A stretch of DNA of 64,000 nt from Alphaproteobacteria bacterium (GCA_965221125.1 CBDCRW010000004.1:256001-320000); one strand, 5' to 3'; shown: positions 30,509 to 41,483, numbered from the stretch's first letter. Made by a program: numbers and translations. The notes: generated from the letters alone by a model not told the origin.

Positions 30509-31980
30509 CAGGGGGTGCGCTCCGGCAGCGGCCAGGGATTGGCGCGCGGCCACGGCTCCGCTCGGTGGTCCGCATCCTCCAGCGCCTGCTCCAGCGGCAC
30601 GACGCGATCCACGTGGCCGCCGAGCGCCGCGAACTCTGTGCGGCCCAGCGTGAACTCGATGGGCGCCACCAGGGCGGGCGTCGGCACGTAGCCGAAGGCG
30701 TCGGCGGGCATGCGGGTCACGTCCACCATGAAGGTAATGCCGCCGCCGGGCCAGACGTGGACCGGCGCGCCGCCAGCGGTGACGCGGGTGAGCGCGTCCT
30801 TGATCGAGCGGGTGAGGCGCACCGGGTTCTCGGTGACGCCTGCGCGCAAGGAGCCGCCCGCGCCCGCCATGAAGAGCACGGTGCAGAGCGCGGGCTCGCA
30901 GTTCTCCGCGATGCGGCCCACCACCGTCTCGATCTCCGCCGGCATGGGGGCGGGCCGGGGCGTCAGCGTCTCGTCGAGCTCGAACCAGGCGGCGTCCTCG
31001 CCGGTGGTGGAGACCATGTGAAGCCGGAGCCCCGGCCAGGCCTTCTTGGGGTCGATCCGCTCGATGATCTCCAGCGGGTCGGCGATCTCGGTGGCGGCCC
31101 AGCCGCGCCCCTTGCGCGCCACCTGGAAGTAACGCCCCGGCGTCGACCGCCGGCCACGGATTCGGATGCCGGAATGCGGCATGTCGAGGAAGCGCCCGGC
31201 CTGGTGCTCGGTGAGCACGCCGGTGATCTGGTCGTCCACGACGATCACCTCGTCGGCGTGGCCGTGCCACTGGCGCGCGAACATGCCCATGGCGGCCGAG
31301 CCGCAGCCGGCCCGCATGCGCTCCTCGCGCTGGCCGTCCACCACCGGCGCTGCACCCGCCTGCACCACCAGCTCGGCCCCGTCGTCCACGGTGAGCGTCG
31401 CGGGCTTGCCGTTGCAGAGGTCGAGCAGGGTGCTGCAGGTGACCGTGCCCTCGCGCTTGGTGCCGCCGGTGAAGTGGCGCACGCCGCCGAGCGAGAGCAT
31501 CTGCGAGCCATATTCCGCTGTGGTCACGTGGCCGATGGGCTCGCCGTCCGCGCGCACCGAGGCCTGCTCGGGGCCCACGTGGCGGTCGGTGTCGATCTTC
31601 ACCTTCACGCCGCAGTAGCTGAAGATCCCTTCCGAGACGACGGTCACCATGTCCACGCCCGCCGCCTCGCTCGCGATGATGAAGGGCGCGGGCTTGTAGT
31701 CGGGATAGGTGGTGCCGGAGCCGATCCCGGTGACGAAGCGCTCAGGCTTAGCCACCATGCCGCCGTCCCAGTCCTCCGCGCCGCCGAGGAACGGCACCAC
31801 GGTCTCGGCCCGCTCGGTCACCAGCAGCGGGTCGACGCGGGTGAGCGTGCCGCCGACGTTGGCGTAGCGGTCGCAGGCGCCGACCTTGCCCTCGCGGATG
31901 CGGCACAGCACGGGGCAGGCGTCGCAGCGGATGATCGACGCGTCGTCCTTGACCCCGCGCTCAGGCCTAGGCTCGCTCAC
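30508..31980 (-). CDS. 6-hydroxynicotinate reductase-like Fe-S flavoprotein
   Basis: CDACPVLC..GACDRYAN, GTTYPDYKPAPFI, MRAGCGSA, GGSLRAGVTENP, VWPGGGIT; GTG start inferred. Confidence 0.8.
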   Translation of the reverse strand: MSEPRPERGVKDDASIIRCDACPVLCRIREGKVGACDRYANVGGTLTRVDPLLVTERAETVVPFLGGAEDWDGGMVAKPERFVTGIGSGTTYPDYKPAPFIIASEAAGVDMVTVVSEGIFSYCGVKVKIDTDRHVGPEQASVRADGEPIGHVTTAEYGSQMLSLGGVRHFTGGTKREGTVTCSTLLDLCNGKPATLTVDDGAELVVQAGAAPVVDGQREERMRAGCGSAAMGMFARQWHGHADEVIVVDDQITGVLTEHQAGRFLDMPHSGIRIRGRRSTPGRYFQVARKGRGWAATEIADPLEIIERIDPKKAWPGLRLHMVSTTGEDAAWFELDETLTPRPAPMPAEIETVVGRIAENCEPALCTVLFMAGAGGSLRAGVTENPVRLTRSIKDALTRVTAGGAPVHVWPGGGITFMVDVTRMPADAFGYVPTPALVAPIEFTLGRTEFAALGGHVDRVVPLEQALEDADHRAEPWPRANPWPLPERTP

Positions 31981-34772
31981 GGGCGGGCCTCCCGCTCGCG
32001 GAGCGCCGCGCGCAGGCGGTGGGGAAGGGCTGGCACCCTGGTGACGCGCACGCCGGTCGCATGGCGGATGGCGCCGAGGATCGCCGGCGCGGTCGGCACC
32101 AGGCCGGGCTCGCCCACGCCCTTGGCGCCGAAGGGGCCCAGAGGCTCCGGGTCCTCGACGATGATCACCTCGATCTCCGGCACGTCGCCCACGGTCGGGA
32201 TCAGGTAGTCGTGCAGGTTCTCGGTCCGGCCCGGCAGGTATTCCTCCATCAGCGCAAGGCCGATGCCCTGCGCGATGCCGCCCTCGATCTGCCCTTCGAC
32301 CTGGGTCGGGTTGATGGCGCGGCCGACGTCGTGCGCGGCGTGGATGCGGACGGGGGTCACGGTGCCGAGTTCGGTATCCACGTCGACGACCGCGACCTGG
32401 GCGCCGAAGGCATAGGTGGCGTAGGGCGAGCCCTGACCCCTGGCGTCGAGCGGCGTGGACGGCGGATCGAATGTGCCGGCGCCTTCCAGCACGACGCCCC
32501 TCTCGTTGGCCTTCAGCCGGGAGAGGTCGATCTCCACTCGGCGCTCGCCGTCCCGGATCACCACGCACCCGCCCGCGAGTTCGATGGTGGCGTCGTCCGC
32601 GGCATTGGCCTCACGCAGGATCGCGGCGCGGAGGGCGGCGCCGGCCCGCTCCGCCGCCTTGCCGGAGACGAAGGTCTGTCGCGAGGCGGAGGTCTTGCCC
32701 GCGTCTTCGGTCCAGTCGGTGTCGCCGACGATCTGGGCGATTCTGTTTGCCGCTACGCCCAGCGCGTCGGCGCAGATCTGGGCGAGGATGGTGGTCGAGC
32801 CCTGGCCGATATCGACGGCGCCGTTGTAGAGCGTGAGTCGACCCTCCCGGTCGAGGGTGATGCGCATGGCGGACGGGTTGCTGAGCGCGGTGTTGCCGAT
32901 GCCGTACCACATGCAGCCGATGCCGACGCCCCGCCGCACCGGGCCGTCCTCCGCGTTGGCGCGGGCGGCGTCCTCAAGCGCGCGCTGCCAGCGGGGCTTT
33001 AGCGCCTCCAGGCAGGGGGCGAGACCGGCGCTCGCTTCCAGCACCTGGCCGGTCGCCGTCGCATCGCCCACGCAGAGCGCGTTCTTCAGGCGCATCTCCA
33101 GCCGGTCCATGCCGAGCCCGGCGGCGAGGTCGTCCATCAGCGCCTCGTGGGCGATGGCGGCTTGCGGCACGCCGAAGCCTCGGAAGGCGCCGGCCGGCGG
33201 CCCGTTGGTGTAGAGGGCCCGGCCCCGCGCCGAGACCGTCGGCACGGCATAGGGGCCCGTCGCGTGGACCGGCACGCGGCCCGCGACGGTCGGCCCCCAC
33301 GAGGCGTAGGCGCCGGTATCGAAGGTCGCGTCGAACGCCACCGCCTGCAGCGTGCCGTCGCCATCGCAGCCCATGCGTGCCTCGATCGTCGCGGGATGGC
33401 GCTTGGGGCTCGCCATCATGCTTTCGGGCCGCTCGTAGACGCAGGCCACCGGCTTGCCCGTGAGCCAGGCGGCGAGCGCTGCGAGAGGCTGGACCGAGAC
33501 GTCGAGCTTGCCGCCGAAGCCGCCGCCGCAGGCGCTCGGCACGATCCGCACCTGCGTCGGCGCAAGGCCCAGCACCTCGGCCGTCATGTCGCGGTCCATG
33601 ACCGGCGTCTGGGTCGAGACGAAGAGCTCGACGCGCTCGCCGATGCGCCGCGCCCAGCCGGCCTCCGGCTCGATATAGGCGTGCTCGACGAAGGCGGTCT
33701 CGAAGCGCCCTTGCGCCGTCACGGCGCAGTCCGCCAGCGCCGCTTGCGCCTCGCCGCGCTCGACCCCGCCCTCGATCAGGCGGTTGTCCGCCATGTCGTC
33801 GTGGACCAGCGGCGCGTTCGGGGCCCCGGCCTCGCCTGCGTCGTGGACCGCAGGCAGGGGCTCGTAGCGGATCGGCAGGTCGTCGTCCCGCACCGCGACG
33901 ACCGCCTCGCGCGTGCCGACCAGGGCCACCACGGGATCGCCCCGGTAGCGCACGATGCCCTCGGCCAGCACCGGCTGGTCACGCAGGTCGGGATAGATGC
34001 CGATGCGGTTCGACGGCACGTCGTCGGCGGTGAGGACCCGTTCCACGCCGGGCCAGCCGGCAGCGGCAGCCTCAAGGTCGCCGAGCACGACCCTGGCCGA
34101 GTCATGAGGCGAGCGGACGATGCGGAGCCAGAGCGCGTCGGCCGGCACGGCGTCGGCGCCGTAGCGCTCCGCGCCGGTGAGCTTGGCCACGCCGTCGAGC
34201 TTGGCGAGCCGAGCGCCGACGGCAGCGCCTGGCGGGGGCGTGCCGAGCGGCTGCGGGGCGTCGCCTGCCGCGTCGAGCACCGCGGCCACGATCTTGCGAT
34301 AGCCGGTGCAGCGGCAGAGCACGCCGCCGAGGCCGTCCATCACCTCCGCCTCGCTGGGGCGGGGAGAGGCGCGCAGCACCTCGGTCGCGGCGACCAGCAT
34401 GCCGGGCGTGCACGCGCCGCACTGCGCCGCGCCGTGACGCAGGAAGGCCCGCTGCAGGCGGTTGAGCCGGCCGTCCCGCGCGAGGCCCTCCACCGTTTCC
34501 ACCGAGCGTCCGGCGGTCTGGGCCAACGGCACCATGCAGCTGCACATCTGTTCGCCGTCGAGCAGCACCGTGCAGGCGCCGCAGTCGCCGGCGTTGCAGC
34601 CCACCTTGGTCCCGGTGAGGCCGAGATCGTCGCGGAGCGCGTCGGCGAGACGGCGGAGCGGCGGCGCCGTGACCGAGACCGGCTTCCCGTTCACCGTGAA
34701 AGCGACGGCGCCGGCAGCCGACGCCCCGCATGCGGGATCGCTGCTGCCGCCGTCGAGGCCGCGCGCGCTCAC
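31977..34772 (-). CDS. xanthine oxidase-family molybdo-hydroxylase, fused 2x[2Fe-2S] + molybdopterin subunit
   Basis: GCNAGDCGACT, QCGACTPG, LCRCTGY, GGGFGGK, AFRGFG, AKGVGE. Confidence 0.92.
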   Translation of the reverse strand: MSARGLDGGSSDPACGASAAGAVAFTVNGKPVSVTAPPLRRLADALRDDLGLTGTKVGCNAGDCGACTVLLDGEQMCSCMVPLAQTAGRSVETVEGLARDGRLNRLQRAFLRHGAAQCGACTPGMLVAATEVLRASPRPSEAEVMDGLGGVLCRCTGYRKIVAAVLDAAGDAPQPLGTPPPGAAVGARLAKLDGVAKLTGAERYGADAVPADALWLRIVRSPHDSARVVLGDLEAAAAGWPGVERVLTADDVPSNRIGIYPDLRDQPVLAEGIVRYRGDPVVALVGTREAVVAVRDDDLPIRYEPLPAVHDAGEAGAPNAPLVHDDMADNRLIEGGVERGEAQAALADCAVTAQGRFETAFVEHAYIEPEAGWARRIGERVELFVSTQTPVMDRDMTAEVLGLAPTQVRIVPSACGGGFGGKLDVSVQPLAALAAWLTGKPVACVYERPESMMASPKRHPATIEARMGCDGDGTLQAVAFDATFDTGAYASWGPTVAGRVPVHATGPYAVPTVSARGRALYTNGPPAGAFRGFGVPQAAIAHEALMDDLAAGLGMDRLEMRLKNALCVGDATATGQVLEASAGLAPCLEALKPRWQRALEDAARANAEDGPVRRGVGIGCMWYGIGNTALSNPSAMRITLDREGRLTLYNGAVDIGQGSTTILAQICADALGVAANRIAQIVGDTDWTEDAGKTSASRQTFVSGKAAERAGAALRAAILREANAADDATIELAGGCVVIRDGERRVEIDLSRLKANERGVVLEGAGTFDPPSTPLDARGQGSPYATYAFGAQVAVVDVDTELGTVTPVRIHAAHDVGRAINPTQVEGQIEGGIAQGIGLALMEEYLPGRTENLHDYLIPTVGDVPEIEVIIVEDPEPLGPFGAKGVGEPGLVPTAPAILGAIRHATGVRVTRVPALPHRLRAALREREARP

Positions 34773-35614
34773 ATCATGCTCCCGAGCTCAGAAAGCGTGC
34801 GCGCCGTCAGCGTGCGCGCGGCATCCAGGCGGTAGTTGGCGGAGCCCCGCGCGTCGTCGAGCGGCGCGAGAGGAGCCATGTGCGCGCCCGTCACGGCGTC
34901 GCCCAGGGCGGCATCGCACGGGCGCCCGAGCAACGCCTTCTCCAGTGTTGGTAGCCGCCGCGCCACCGGGGAGCAGGCGCCGACCGCCACCGCGGCGCAC
35001 ACAACGCGGCCGTCGGCGCCCGCCTCCAGCGCGGCCGCCACCATCACGATGGAGATCACCAGGTAGCGCCGCGCGCCGAGCTTGAGAAAGTGCCCGCACG
35101 CCCGCTCGGCGCGGGGCTTGGGGACGCGGACCGCGACCATGAGCTGGTCCGGCGCGAGCGCGGTCTTGCGATTGCCGCGCACGAAGTCGGCGAGCGGCAT
35201 GGTCTCCCGCCGCTCCAGCGAGGCGAGCTCCACCTCGGCATCGAGGCTGAGCAGCACCGGCACCCCGTCCGCCGCAGGCGAGGCGTTGCAGAGATTGCCG
35301 CAGAGCGTGCCCGCGTTCTGCACCTGGCGGCCGCCGATCTCGCGCGCAGCCAGCTTGAGCCCGTCGAACCAGGGAGGCAGATCGGCGCGGACGATATCCG
35401 TCCAGGTCGCGAGCCCAGGGATGCGCCAGTGATCGTCCCGCTCCTCGATCGCGCGAAGCGAGGGCAGCGCGGTGATGTCCAGCACGTCGTCGTCGAGCGG
35501 CGCGCCCACCCGCGCCGGATAGAAGTCCGTGCCGCCGGCCAGCACCGTCAGCCGGCGGTGGCTCAGCGCCGCGAGCGCATCGTCGAGCGCGGTGGGTCGC
35601 AGGTAGTCCGGCAT
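34769..35614 (-). CDS. molybdo-hydroxylase FAD-binding (medium) subunit
   Basis: LAGGTD, QVQNAGTLCGNLCNASPAAD; start ATG 35614. Confidence 0.9.
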   Translation of the reverse strand: MPDYLRPTALDDALAALSHRRLTVLAGGTDFYPARVGAPLDDDVLDITALPSLRAIEERDDHWRIPGLATWTDIVRADLPPWFDGLKLAAREIGGRQVQNAGTLCGNLCNASPAADGVPVLLSLDAEVELASLERRETMPLADFVRGNRKTALAPDQLMVAVRVPKPRAERACGHFLKLGARRYLVISIVMVAAALEAGADGRVVCAAVAVGACSPVARRLPTLEKALLGRPCDAALGDAVTGAHMAPLAPLDDARGSANYRLDAARTLTARTLSELGSMM

Positions 35615-35678
35615 CACGGCAACCTCATGTCCCGACCCATGATACCGGAGCGGCCCACGCAGGGCGCGGGTGCTCGCG

Positions 35679-36314
35679 TCAGCCGGCGGGGTCGAGGGGC
35701 GCACCCCCGTAGAGCCACGGCTGGGCGGCCTTCTGCTTCGCCTCGAAGGCGTCGATCTCGGCGGCCTTGGTCATCGTGATGCCGATGTCGTCGAGGCCGT
35801 TCAGCAGCCGGTGCTTGCGGAAGGGCTCGATCTTGAAGCCGATGGTCTCGCCGTTCGACCGCGTGATGGTCTGCGCCTCCAGGTCCACCGACATCCGGCA
35901 GGTCTGGGAGTTCCCGGCGTCGGCCATCAGCGTGTTCGCGTCATCCTCGGGCAACGGAATGAGGAGAATGCCGTTCTTCACGCAGTTGTTGAAGAAGATG
36001 TCCGCGAAGCTCGGTGCGATCACGCAGCGGATGCCGAAATCCTCCAGCGCCCAGGGGGCGTGCTCGCGGCTCGACCCGCAGCCGAAGTTGTTGCCGGCCA
36101 CCAGGATGCAGGCCTCGCGCCAGGGCGCCTGGTTGAGGACGAAGTCCGGAAGCTCCTCGTCCTCCATGTCGTAGCGAAAGTCGTGGAAGAGCCCCTTGCC
36201 GAGGCCGGCGCGGCTGATCGCGGTGAGGTACTGCTTGGGAATCAGCTGGTCGGTATCGACGTTGATCATCGGCAGCGCCGCCGCCGGGCCGGAGAGGGTC
36301 GTGAAGGTCCGCAT
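35679..36314 (-). CDS. leuD: 3-isopropylmalate dehydratase small subunit
   Basis: [31 protein letters not shown]. Confidence 0.97.
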   Translation of the reverse strand: MRTFTTLSGPAAALPMINVDTDQLIPKQYLTAISRAGLGKGLFHDFRYDMEDEELPDFVLNQAPWREACILVAGNNFGCGSSREHAPWALEDFGIRCVIAPSFADIFFNNCVKNGILLIPLPEDDANTLMADAGNSQTCRMSVDLEAQTITRSNGETIGFKIEPFRKHRLLNGLDDIGITMTKAAEIDAFEAKQKAAQPWLYGGAPLDPAG

Positions 36315-36326
36315 GGCGATCCCTCC

Positions 36327-37745
36327 TCAGGCCAGCAGTTCGCGGACGTCGACGAAGCGTCCGCTGACCGCGGCTGCCGCGGCCATCGCCGGGCTCACCA
36401 GGTGGGTGCGCCCGGCGCGGCCTTGCCGGCCCTTGAAGTTGCGGTTCGACGTCGACGCGCAACGCTCGCCCGGCGCGAGCTTGTCGTCGTTCATGGCGAT
36501 GCACATGGAGCAACCGGGGTCGCGCCACTCGAAGCCGGCTTCGAGGAAGATGCGGTCGAGCCCTTCCTCCTCGGCCTGCTGTTTCACGAGGCCGGAGCCC
36601 GGCACGACCATGGCACCCACGCCCGCCGGCACCCTGCGCCCCCTGGCGACGGCGGCGGCGGCGCGCAGGTCCTCGATCCTGCCGTTGGTGCACGAGCCGA
36701 TGAAGACGCGGTTCACTGCCACGCCCTCGATGGGCGCATCGGGCTCGAGCGCCATGTAGTCGAGCGCCTGGGCGATCGCCTCGCGGTGCATCTCGTCGGT
36801 CGCTTTGGCGGGGTCCGGGGTGCGCCCCGTCACCGGGATCACGTCCTCGGGGCTCGTGCCCCAGGTGATCTGCGGCGCGATGTCGGAGGCCTGGATCGTG
36901 GCTTCCTTGTCGTAGGCGGCACCTTCGTCGGAGGCGAGCGTCCGCCAGTGGGCCATGGCCTGGTCCCAGGCCGCGCCGGAGGGCGCCATGGGCCGGCCCT
37001 CGAGATAGGCGAAGGTGGTCTCATCCGGCGCGATGAGGCCCGCGCGCGCGCCGCCCTCGATGGTCATGTTGCAGACCGTCATCCGCCCTTCCATGGAGAG
37101 CGCGTGGATCGCGGGGCCCGCGTACTCGACCACGTGGCCGGTGCCGCCGGCGGTGCCGATCTCGCCGATGATGGCGAGGATCATGTCCTTGCCGGTGATG
37201 CCTGCGGGCAGGTCGCCGGCCACCGTGATACGCATGTTGCGCGGGCGCTTCTGGTTCAGCGTCTGGGTCGCGAGCACGTGCTCGACCTCGCTCGAGCCGA
37301 TGCCGAAGGCGAGGCAGCCGAAGGCGCCGTGCGTCGCGGTGTGGCTGTCGCCGCAGACGAGCGTGGCACCCGGCAAAGTCAGCCCCTGCTCCGGCCCGAT
37401 GATGTGAACGATGCCCTGGCGCACGTCGGTGAGCGGAATGAGGGGAACGCCGAACGCCGCGCAGTTCTCGATCAGCGCTTCCACCTGGCCGCGGCCGAGC
37501 GGGTCGCCGATGCCTGCGACGCCGGCGGCGCGGTTCCTGGTGGGGATCGAATGGTCCGGCACGCCGAGGGTGGCATCGGGGCGGCGCACCGGGCGCCCGT
37601 CCTCGGCCATCTTCTCGAAGCCGGTCCAGCTCGTCACCTCGTGGATGAGGTGCTTGTCGATATAGAGGAGCGTGGTGCCGTCGTCGTTCTCGGCCACCAC
37701 GTGGCTCTCCCAGATCTTGTCGAACAGGGTCTTGGGGCCACTCAT
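36327..37745 (-). CDS. leuC: 3-isopropylmalate dehydratase large subunit
   Basis: [43 protein letters not shown]. Confidence 0.97.
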   Translation of the reverse strand: MSGPKTLFDKIWESHVVAENDDGTTLLYIDKHLIHEVTSWTGFEKMAEDGRPVRRPDATLGVPDHSIPTRNRAAGVAGIGDPLGRGQVEALIENCAAFGVPLIPLTDVRQGIVHIIGPEQGLTLPGATLVCGDSHTATHGAFGCLAFGIGSSEVEHVLATQTLNQKRPRNMRITVAGDLPAGITGKDMILAIIGEIGTAGGTGHVVEYAGPAIHALSMEGRMTVCNMTIEGGARAGLIAPDETTFAYLEGRPMAPSGAAWDQAMAHWRTLASDEGAAYDKEATIQASDIAPQITWGTSPEDVIPVTGRTPDPAKATDEMHREAIAQALDYMALEPDAPIEGVAVNRVFIGSCTNGRIEDLRAAAAVARGRRVPAGVGAMVVPGSGLVKQQAEEEGLDRIFLEAGFEWRDPGCSMCIAMNDDKLAPGERCASTSNRNFKGRQGRAGRTHLVSPAMAAAAAVSGRFVDVRELLA

Positions 37746-37776
37746 GGGTGTCCTCCCGCGGCGATGGCGAGGCCGG

Positions 37777-38193
37777 TCAATCGGCGGGCGCGGCGCTTTC
37801 CCGGGTCTTGGCGGCGGCCTTCCTCGCGCCGCGGTCGTCGCGCTTCTCGCGGATGCGCGCCGACTTGCCGCGCCGGCCGCGCAGGTAATAGAGCTTGGCG
37901 CGGCGTACCGCGCCGCGCTTCATCACCTCGATCTTCGCGATGCGCGGCGAATGCAGCGGAAAGACGCGCTCGACCCCTTCACCGTAGGAGATCTTGCGGA
38001 CCGTGAAGGAGGAATTGAGGCTGCGGTTCCGCCTTGCGATGCACACGCCCTCGAACACCTGCACCCGCTCGCGGGAGCCCTCCACCACCTTGACGTGGAC
38101 GCGGAGCGTATCGCCAGGGCCGAACTCCGGGACTTCCCGCTCGTCCACGAGCTTCTCCACGGCTTCCGCGTTCAGCTGCTCGATCATGTTCAC
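37777..38193 (-). CDS. rplS: 50S ribosomal protein L19
   Basis: [36 protein letters not shown]. Confidence 0.97.
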   Translation of the reverse strand: MNMIEQLNAEAVEKLVDEREVPEFGPGDTLRVHVKVVEGSRERVQVFEGVCIARRNRSLNSSFTVRKISYGEGVERVFPLHSPRIAKIEVMKRGAVRRAKLYYLRGRRGKSARIREKRDDRGARKAAAKTRESAAPAD

Positions 38194-38243
38194 GGCACTA
38201 TCCTCACGGTTTCAGGCGTGTGTCGCGCCTCGCGGCGCGCGAC

Positions 38244-38981
38244 TCATCGACGCGCCTGGTGGCGTGCCCAGAGATCGGCACGCCGCGTTCTCGTCACATG
38301 TTCCGCCTGCGCGCGGCGCCAGGCCTCGATGGCGGCGTGGTCGCCGGAGAGCAGGACCTCCGGCACGGCGCGGCCTTCGAAGAGGCGAGGCCGCGTGTAC
38401 TGCGGGTACTCCAGCAGGTCGTCCTCGAAGCTCTCGTCCACCAGCGAGGAGGGCCGGCCGACCACGCCGGGCAGCAGGCGCACGCAGGCGTCGATCACCG
38501 CCATTGCAGCGATCTCCCCGCCCGAGAGCACATAGTCGCCGACGCTGAGCTCGGCAACGCCACGGCCTTCCAGAACACGCTCGTCAACCCCCTCGAAACG
38601 GCCGCAGATCAACGTAATGCCGGGGCCGCTCGCCAACGTCTTCACCTGCTCCTGGGTCAGCGGGGCACCGCGCGGCGAGAGCAGGAAGCGCGGAGCGCCC
38701 CCCTCTGTCGGCCCAACGGAATCGATGGCCGCTGCCAGGACGTCGGGGCGCATGACCATTCCCGCCCCGCCGCCGAACGGGTGATCGTCGACGGAGCCGT
38801 GTTTATCGCTTGCGAAGCGGCGGATGTCCACCGTTTCCAGCCGCCAGAGGTCGGATTCGAGGCCGCGGCCCGCGAGCGCCGCGCCGAGCGGTCCGGGAAA
38901 GATTTCCGGGTAGAGCGTGAGGACCCGCGCACACCAGGCCGCCGCGTTCGCCTGTCCGTCATCGTGCGGGCCGGCCGTCAC
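38244..38981 (-). CDS. trmD: tRNA (guanine37-N1)-methyltransferase
   Basis: [41 protein letters not shown]. Confidence 0.97.
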   Translation of the reverse strand: MTAGPHDDGQANAAAWCARVLTLYPEIFPGPLGAALAGRGLESDLWRLETVDIRRFASDKHGSVDDHPFGGGAGMVMRPDVLAAAIDSVGPTEGGAPRFLLSPRGAPLTQEQVKTLASGPGITLICGRFEGVDERVLEGRGVAELSVGDYVLSGGEIAAMAVIDACVRLLPGVVGRPSSLVDESFEDDLLEYPQYTRPRLFEGRAVPEVLLSGDHAAIEAWRRAQAEHVTRTRRADLWARHQARR

Positions 38982-39553
38982 GGGCCTTCCTCCGCCGGGG
39001 CGACGACCATGCGGCCGCCTTCGATATCGACGGTGGGCACATGCTCCCGCGTGAAGGGGACGAGGGCAGACGGGCCGTCCGGCGGCTGAATCTCGACGAT
39101 CGGGCCGGCGCCGTGGTCGTGAATGGCGCTCACCCGGCCGAGGGTATCGCCGTCCGGGCTCTCTGCCCGGAGGCCGAGGAGGTCGACGTGGTAGTACTCC
39201 TCGCCCTCGGTCGGCGGGAGCGCCGCTCGGGCGATGTGGAGGTCGGTGCCGCGCAGCGCCTCCGCCGCGTTGCGGTCGTCCACGCCGTCGATGCGGGCGA
39301 GCAGCAGGCCCTTCACGCGCCCGGTGACCGAGAGGGCGAAGCGCCGGGCGCCGGCTTCGTCGCAGAGCGGGCCGTAGGCGGTGAGATCGTCCGGGTTCGC
39401 CGTGTGGCTTTGTACGCGCACGATGCCGCGCACGCCGTGGGCGCCCACTATTCGCCCGAGGCAGACCGTCTGCGCCCGCGCCGCCGCTGCGGGGGCGGGC
39501 GCAGGTGCGCCGGGCGCGGCGTCAGTCCGCGGCGTTCTCTTCGCCCTCGCCAT
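38978..39553 (-). CDS. rimM: ribosome maturation factor RimM
   Basis: [27 protein letters not shown]; start uncertain (ATG 39553 overlaps rpsP end). Confidence 0.9.
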   Translation of the reverse strand: MARAKRTPRTDAAPGAPAPAPAAAARAQTVCLGRIVGAHGVRGIVRVQSHTANPDDLTAYGPLCDEAGARRFALSVTGRVKGLLLARIDGVDDRNAAEALRGTDLHIARAALPPTEGEEYYHVDLLGLRAESPDGDTLGRVSAIHDHGAGPIVEIQPPDGPSALVPFTREHVPTVDIEGGRMVVAPAEEGP

Positions 39554-40094
39554 CGCCGGCTTCGTCGGCCGTGGCCTCTTCAGGGGCAGCTTCCTCAGCG
39601 GCGGCCTCTGCGGGCGCTTCAGCCTCGGCCTCTTCCGGGGCGCTTCCCTCCGGGGCCGCTTCCTCGGGAGCAGCCTCTTCAGCGGCAGCTTCCTCAGGTG
39701 CGGCCTCTTCGGGCGCGGCCTCTGCGGCGGCGCTGGCTTCGGCCTCGGCAGCTGCCGCCGCCTTCTCGGCCCGTGCCGCCGCGCGTTCCACCGCCTTCGC
39801 CTTGGGCTTGGCCTTCTGCGGGTTGTTGCGCTGCGCCGGCATCGGGATGATCTCGGCAGCGCCGAGGAAGCGGGCCACGCGCTCCGACGGCAGCGCGCCG
39901 ACATCGAGCCAGTGGCGAATGCGCTCCTCGTTGAGGCGCACGCGCTCCGGATGGTCCTTGGGCAGCATCGGGTCGTAGGTCCCGAGCCGCTCCAGGAAGC
40001 GCCCGTCGCGGGGGTAGCGGCTGTCGGCCACGACCACACGGTAGAACGGGCGCTTCTTGGCGCCCGCGCGGGATAGGCGAATCTTCAGTGCCAT
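39522..40094 (-). CDS. rpsP: 30S ribosomal protein S16 with long acidic Ala/Glu/Pro tail
   Basis: [29 protein letters not shown]. Confidence 0.96.
   Translation of the reverse strand: MALKIRLSRAGAKKRPFYRVVVADSRYPRDGRFLERLGTYDPMLPKDHPERVRLNEERIRHWLDVGALPSERVARFLGAAEIIPMPAQRNNPQKAKPKAKAVERAAARAEKAAAAAEAEASAAAEAAPEEAAPEEAAAEEAAPEEAAPEGSAPEEAEAEAPAEAAAEEAAPEEATADEAGDGEGEENAAD
39570..39735 (-). repeat. degenerate 15-bp tandem repeat encoding [10 protein letters not shown] units in the S16 tail
   Basis: [24 protein letters not shown] in the translation. Confidence 0.7.
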
Positions 40095-40127
40095 GCTTTC
40101 TCCACTCTCTTCGTCCGGGTTGCAGGG

Positions 40128-41483
40128 TCAGCGGGGCGGCATCAGGCCGGGAATTCCGTGCCGCATGAGGCCCTTCTCGCCCAGCTTGTTGGCCCGCTTC
40201 ATCACGATGTTCATCTGCTTCACCTGCTTGAGCACGCGGTTCACGTCCTGCACCGTGGTGCCGGAGCCGCCGGCAATGCGCCGCTTGCGCGAGCTGTTCA
40301 GCAGTTTGGGGTTGCGCCGCTCCGTGGGCGTCATCGAGCTGATGATGGCCTGCTGGCGTTCGAGCATCTTGACGTCGATATTGGCTTCGGCGAGCTGGCG
40401 CTTGACCTTGCCGACGCCCGGCAGCATGCCGAGCAGCCCTTCCATGCCGCCCATCTTCCGTACCTGATCGATCTGCTTGGAGAGATCGTCGAGGTCGAAG
40501 CCGCCCTTCCGGGCCTTCCGCGCGAGGCGCTCGGCCTCTTCGCGTTCGATGGTCTCCTGTGCCCGCTCGACCAGCGAGACCACGTCGCCCATGTCGAGGA
40601 TGCGGGACGCGATGCGGTCCGGATGAAACGGCTCGATGGCGTCGAGCTTCTCGCCGACGCCGATCAGCTTGATCGGGCAGCCGGTCACCGCGCGCATGCT
40701 GAGCGCAGCGCCACCGCGTCCGTCGCCGTCGACACGGGTGAGCGCGATGCCGGTCAGCCCGATCCGCTCGTGGAAGGAGCTTGCGATGGTGACGGCGTCC
40801 TGGCCGGTCAGCGCGTCGGCGACCAGCAGGGTCTCGGCCGGCATGGCGATGTCGCGCACCGCCGCGCACTCGGCCATCAGCTCGTCGTCCACGTGGAGGC
40901 GGCCGGCGGTATCCAGCAGGACCACGTCGTGGCCCTCTTGCGCGCCGGCCTTCATCGCGCGCCGCGCGATGGCGACCGCGCGCTCACCGGGGATCACCGG
41001 CAGCACGTCGACTTCCGCCTGCACGGCAAGCGTCGCGAGCTGCTCCATGGCCGCCGGCCGGCTGGTGTCGAGCGAGGCCATCAGCACACGCTTCTTTTGG
41101 GTCACGCGGAGGAAGCGGCCGAGCTTGGCGGTCGTCGTGGTCTTGCCGGAGCCTTGCAGGCCCACCATGAGCACGGCGGCGGGCGGGGTCGCGGCGGCGA
41201 TGCTGATCTCCGCAGTCTCGCCGCCTAGCATCTCGATCAGGTGATCGTTCACGATCTTGATCACCTGCTGGCCGGGCGCGACGCTCTTCAGCACGTCGGC
41301 GCCGACCGCCTTCGCGCTCACGCCGGCAACAAAATCCTTGACCACCGGGAGCGCCACGTCCGCCTCGAGCAGGGCGATCCGCACGTCGCGGAGCGCAGCG
41401 TTCACGTCCGCCTCGCTCAGCGCGCCGCGCTTGGTCAGGGTCTCGAAGACCCCGTTCAGCCTGGTGGACAGACTATCGAACAC
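40128..41483 (-). CDS. ffh: signal recognition particle protein Ffh
   Basis: ALLEADV, GLQGSGKTTT, DTAGR, DGDGRGGAALS, IISSMT..ER. Confidence 0.97.
   Translation of the reverse strand: MFDSLSTRLNGVFETLTKRGALSEADVNAALRDVRIALLEADVALPVVKDFVAGVSAKAVGADVLKSVAPGQQVIKIVNDHLIEMLGGETAEISIAAATPPAAVLMVGLQGSGKTTTTAKLGRFLRVTQKKRVLMASLDTSRPAAMEQLATLAVQAEVDVLPVIPGERAVAIARRAMKAGAQEGHDVVLLDTAGRLHVDDELMAECAAVRDIAMPAETLLVADALTGQDAVTIASSFHERIGLTGIALTRVDGDGRGGAALSMRAVTGCPIKLIGVGEKLDAIEPFHPDRIASRILDMGDVVSLVERAQETIEREEAERLARKARKGGFDLDDLSKQIDQVRKMGGMEGLLGMLPGVGKVKRQLAEANIDVKMLERQQAIISSMTPTERRNPKLLNSSRKRRIAGGSGTTVQDVNRVLKQVKQMNIVMKRANKLGEKGLMRHGIPGLMPPR

Noticed and set aside
29648-32568. Long N-terminal extensions in the ORF track (also at 7992, 19584, 28465, 49245)
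   Set aside because: They overlap upstream genes in another frame; internal starts with RBS or stop-start coupling fit better.
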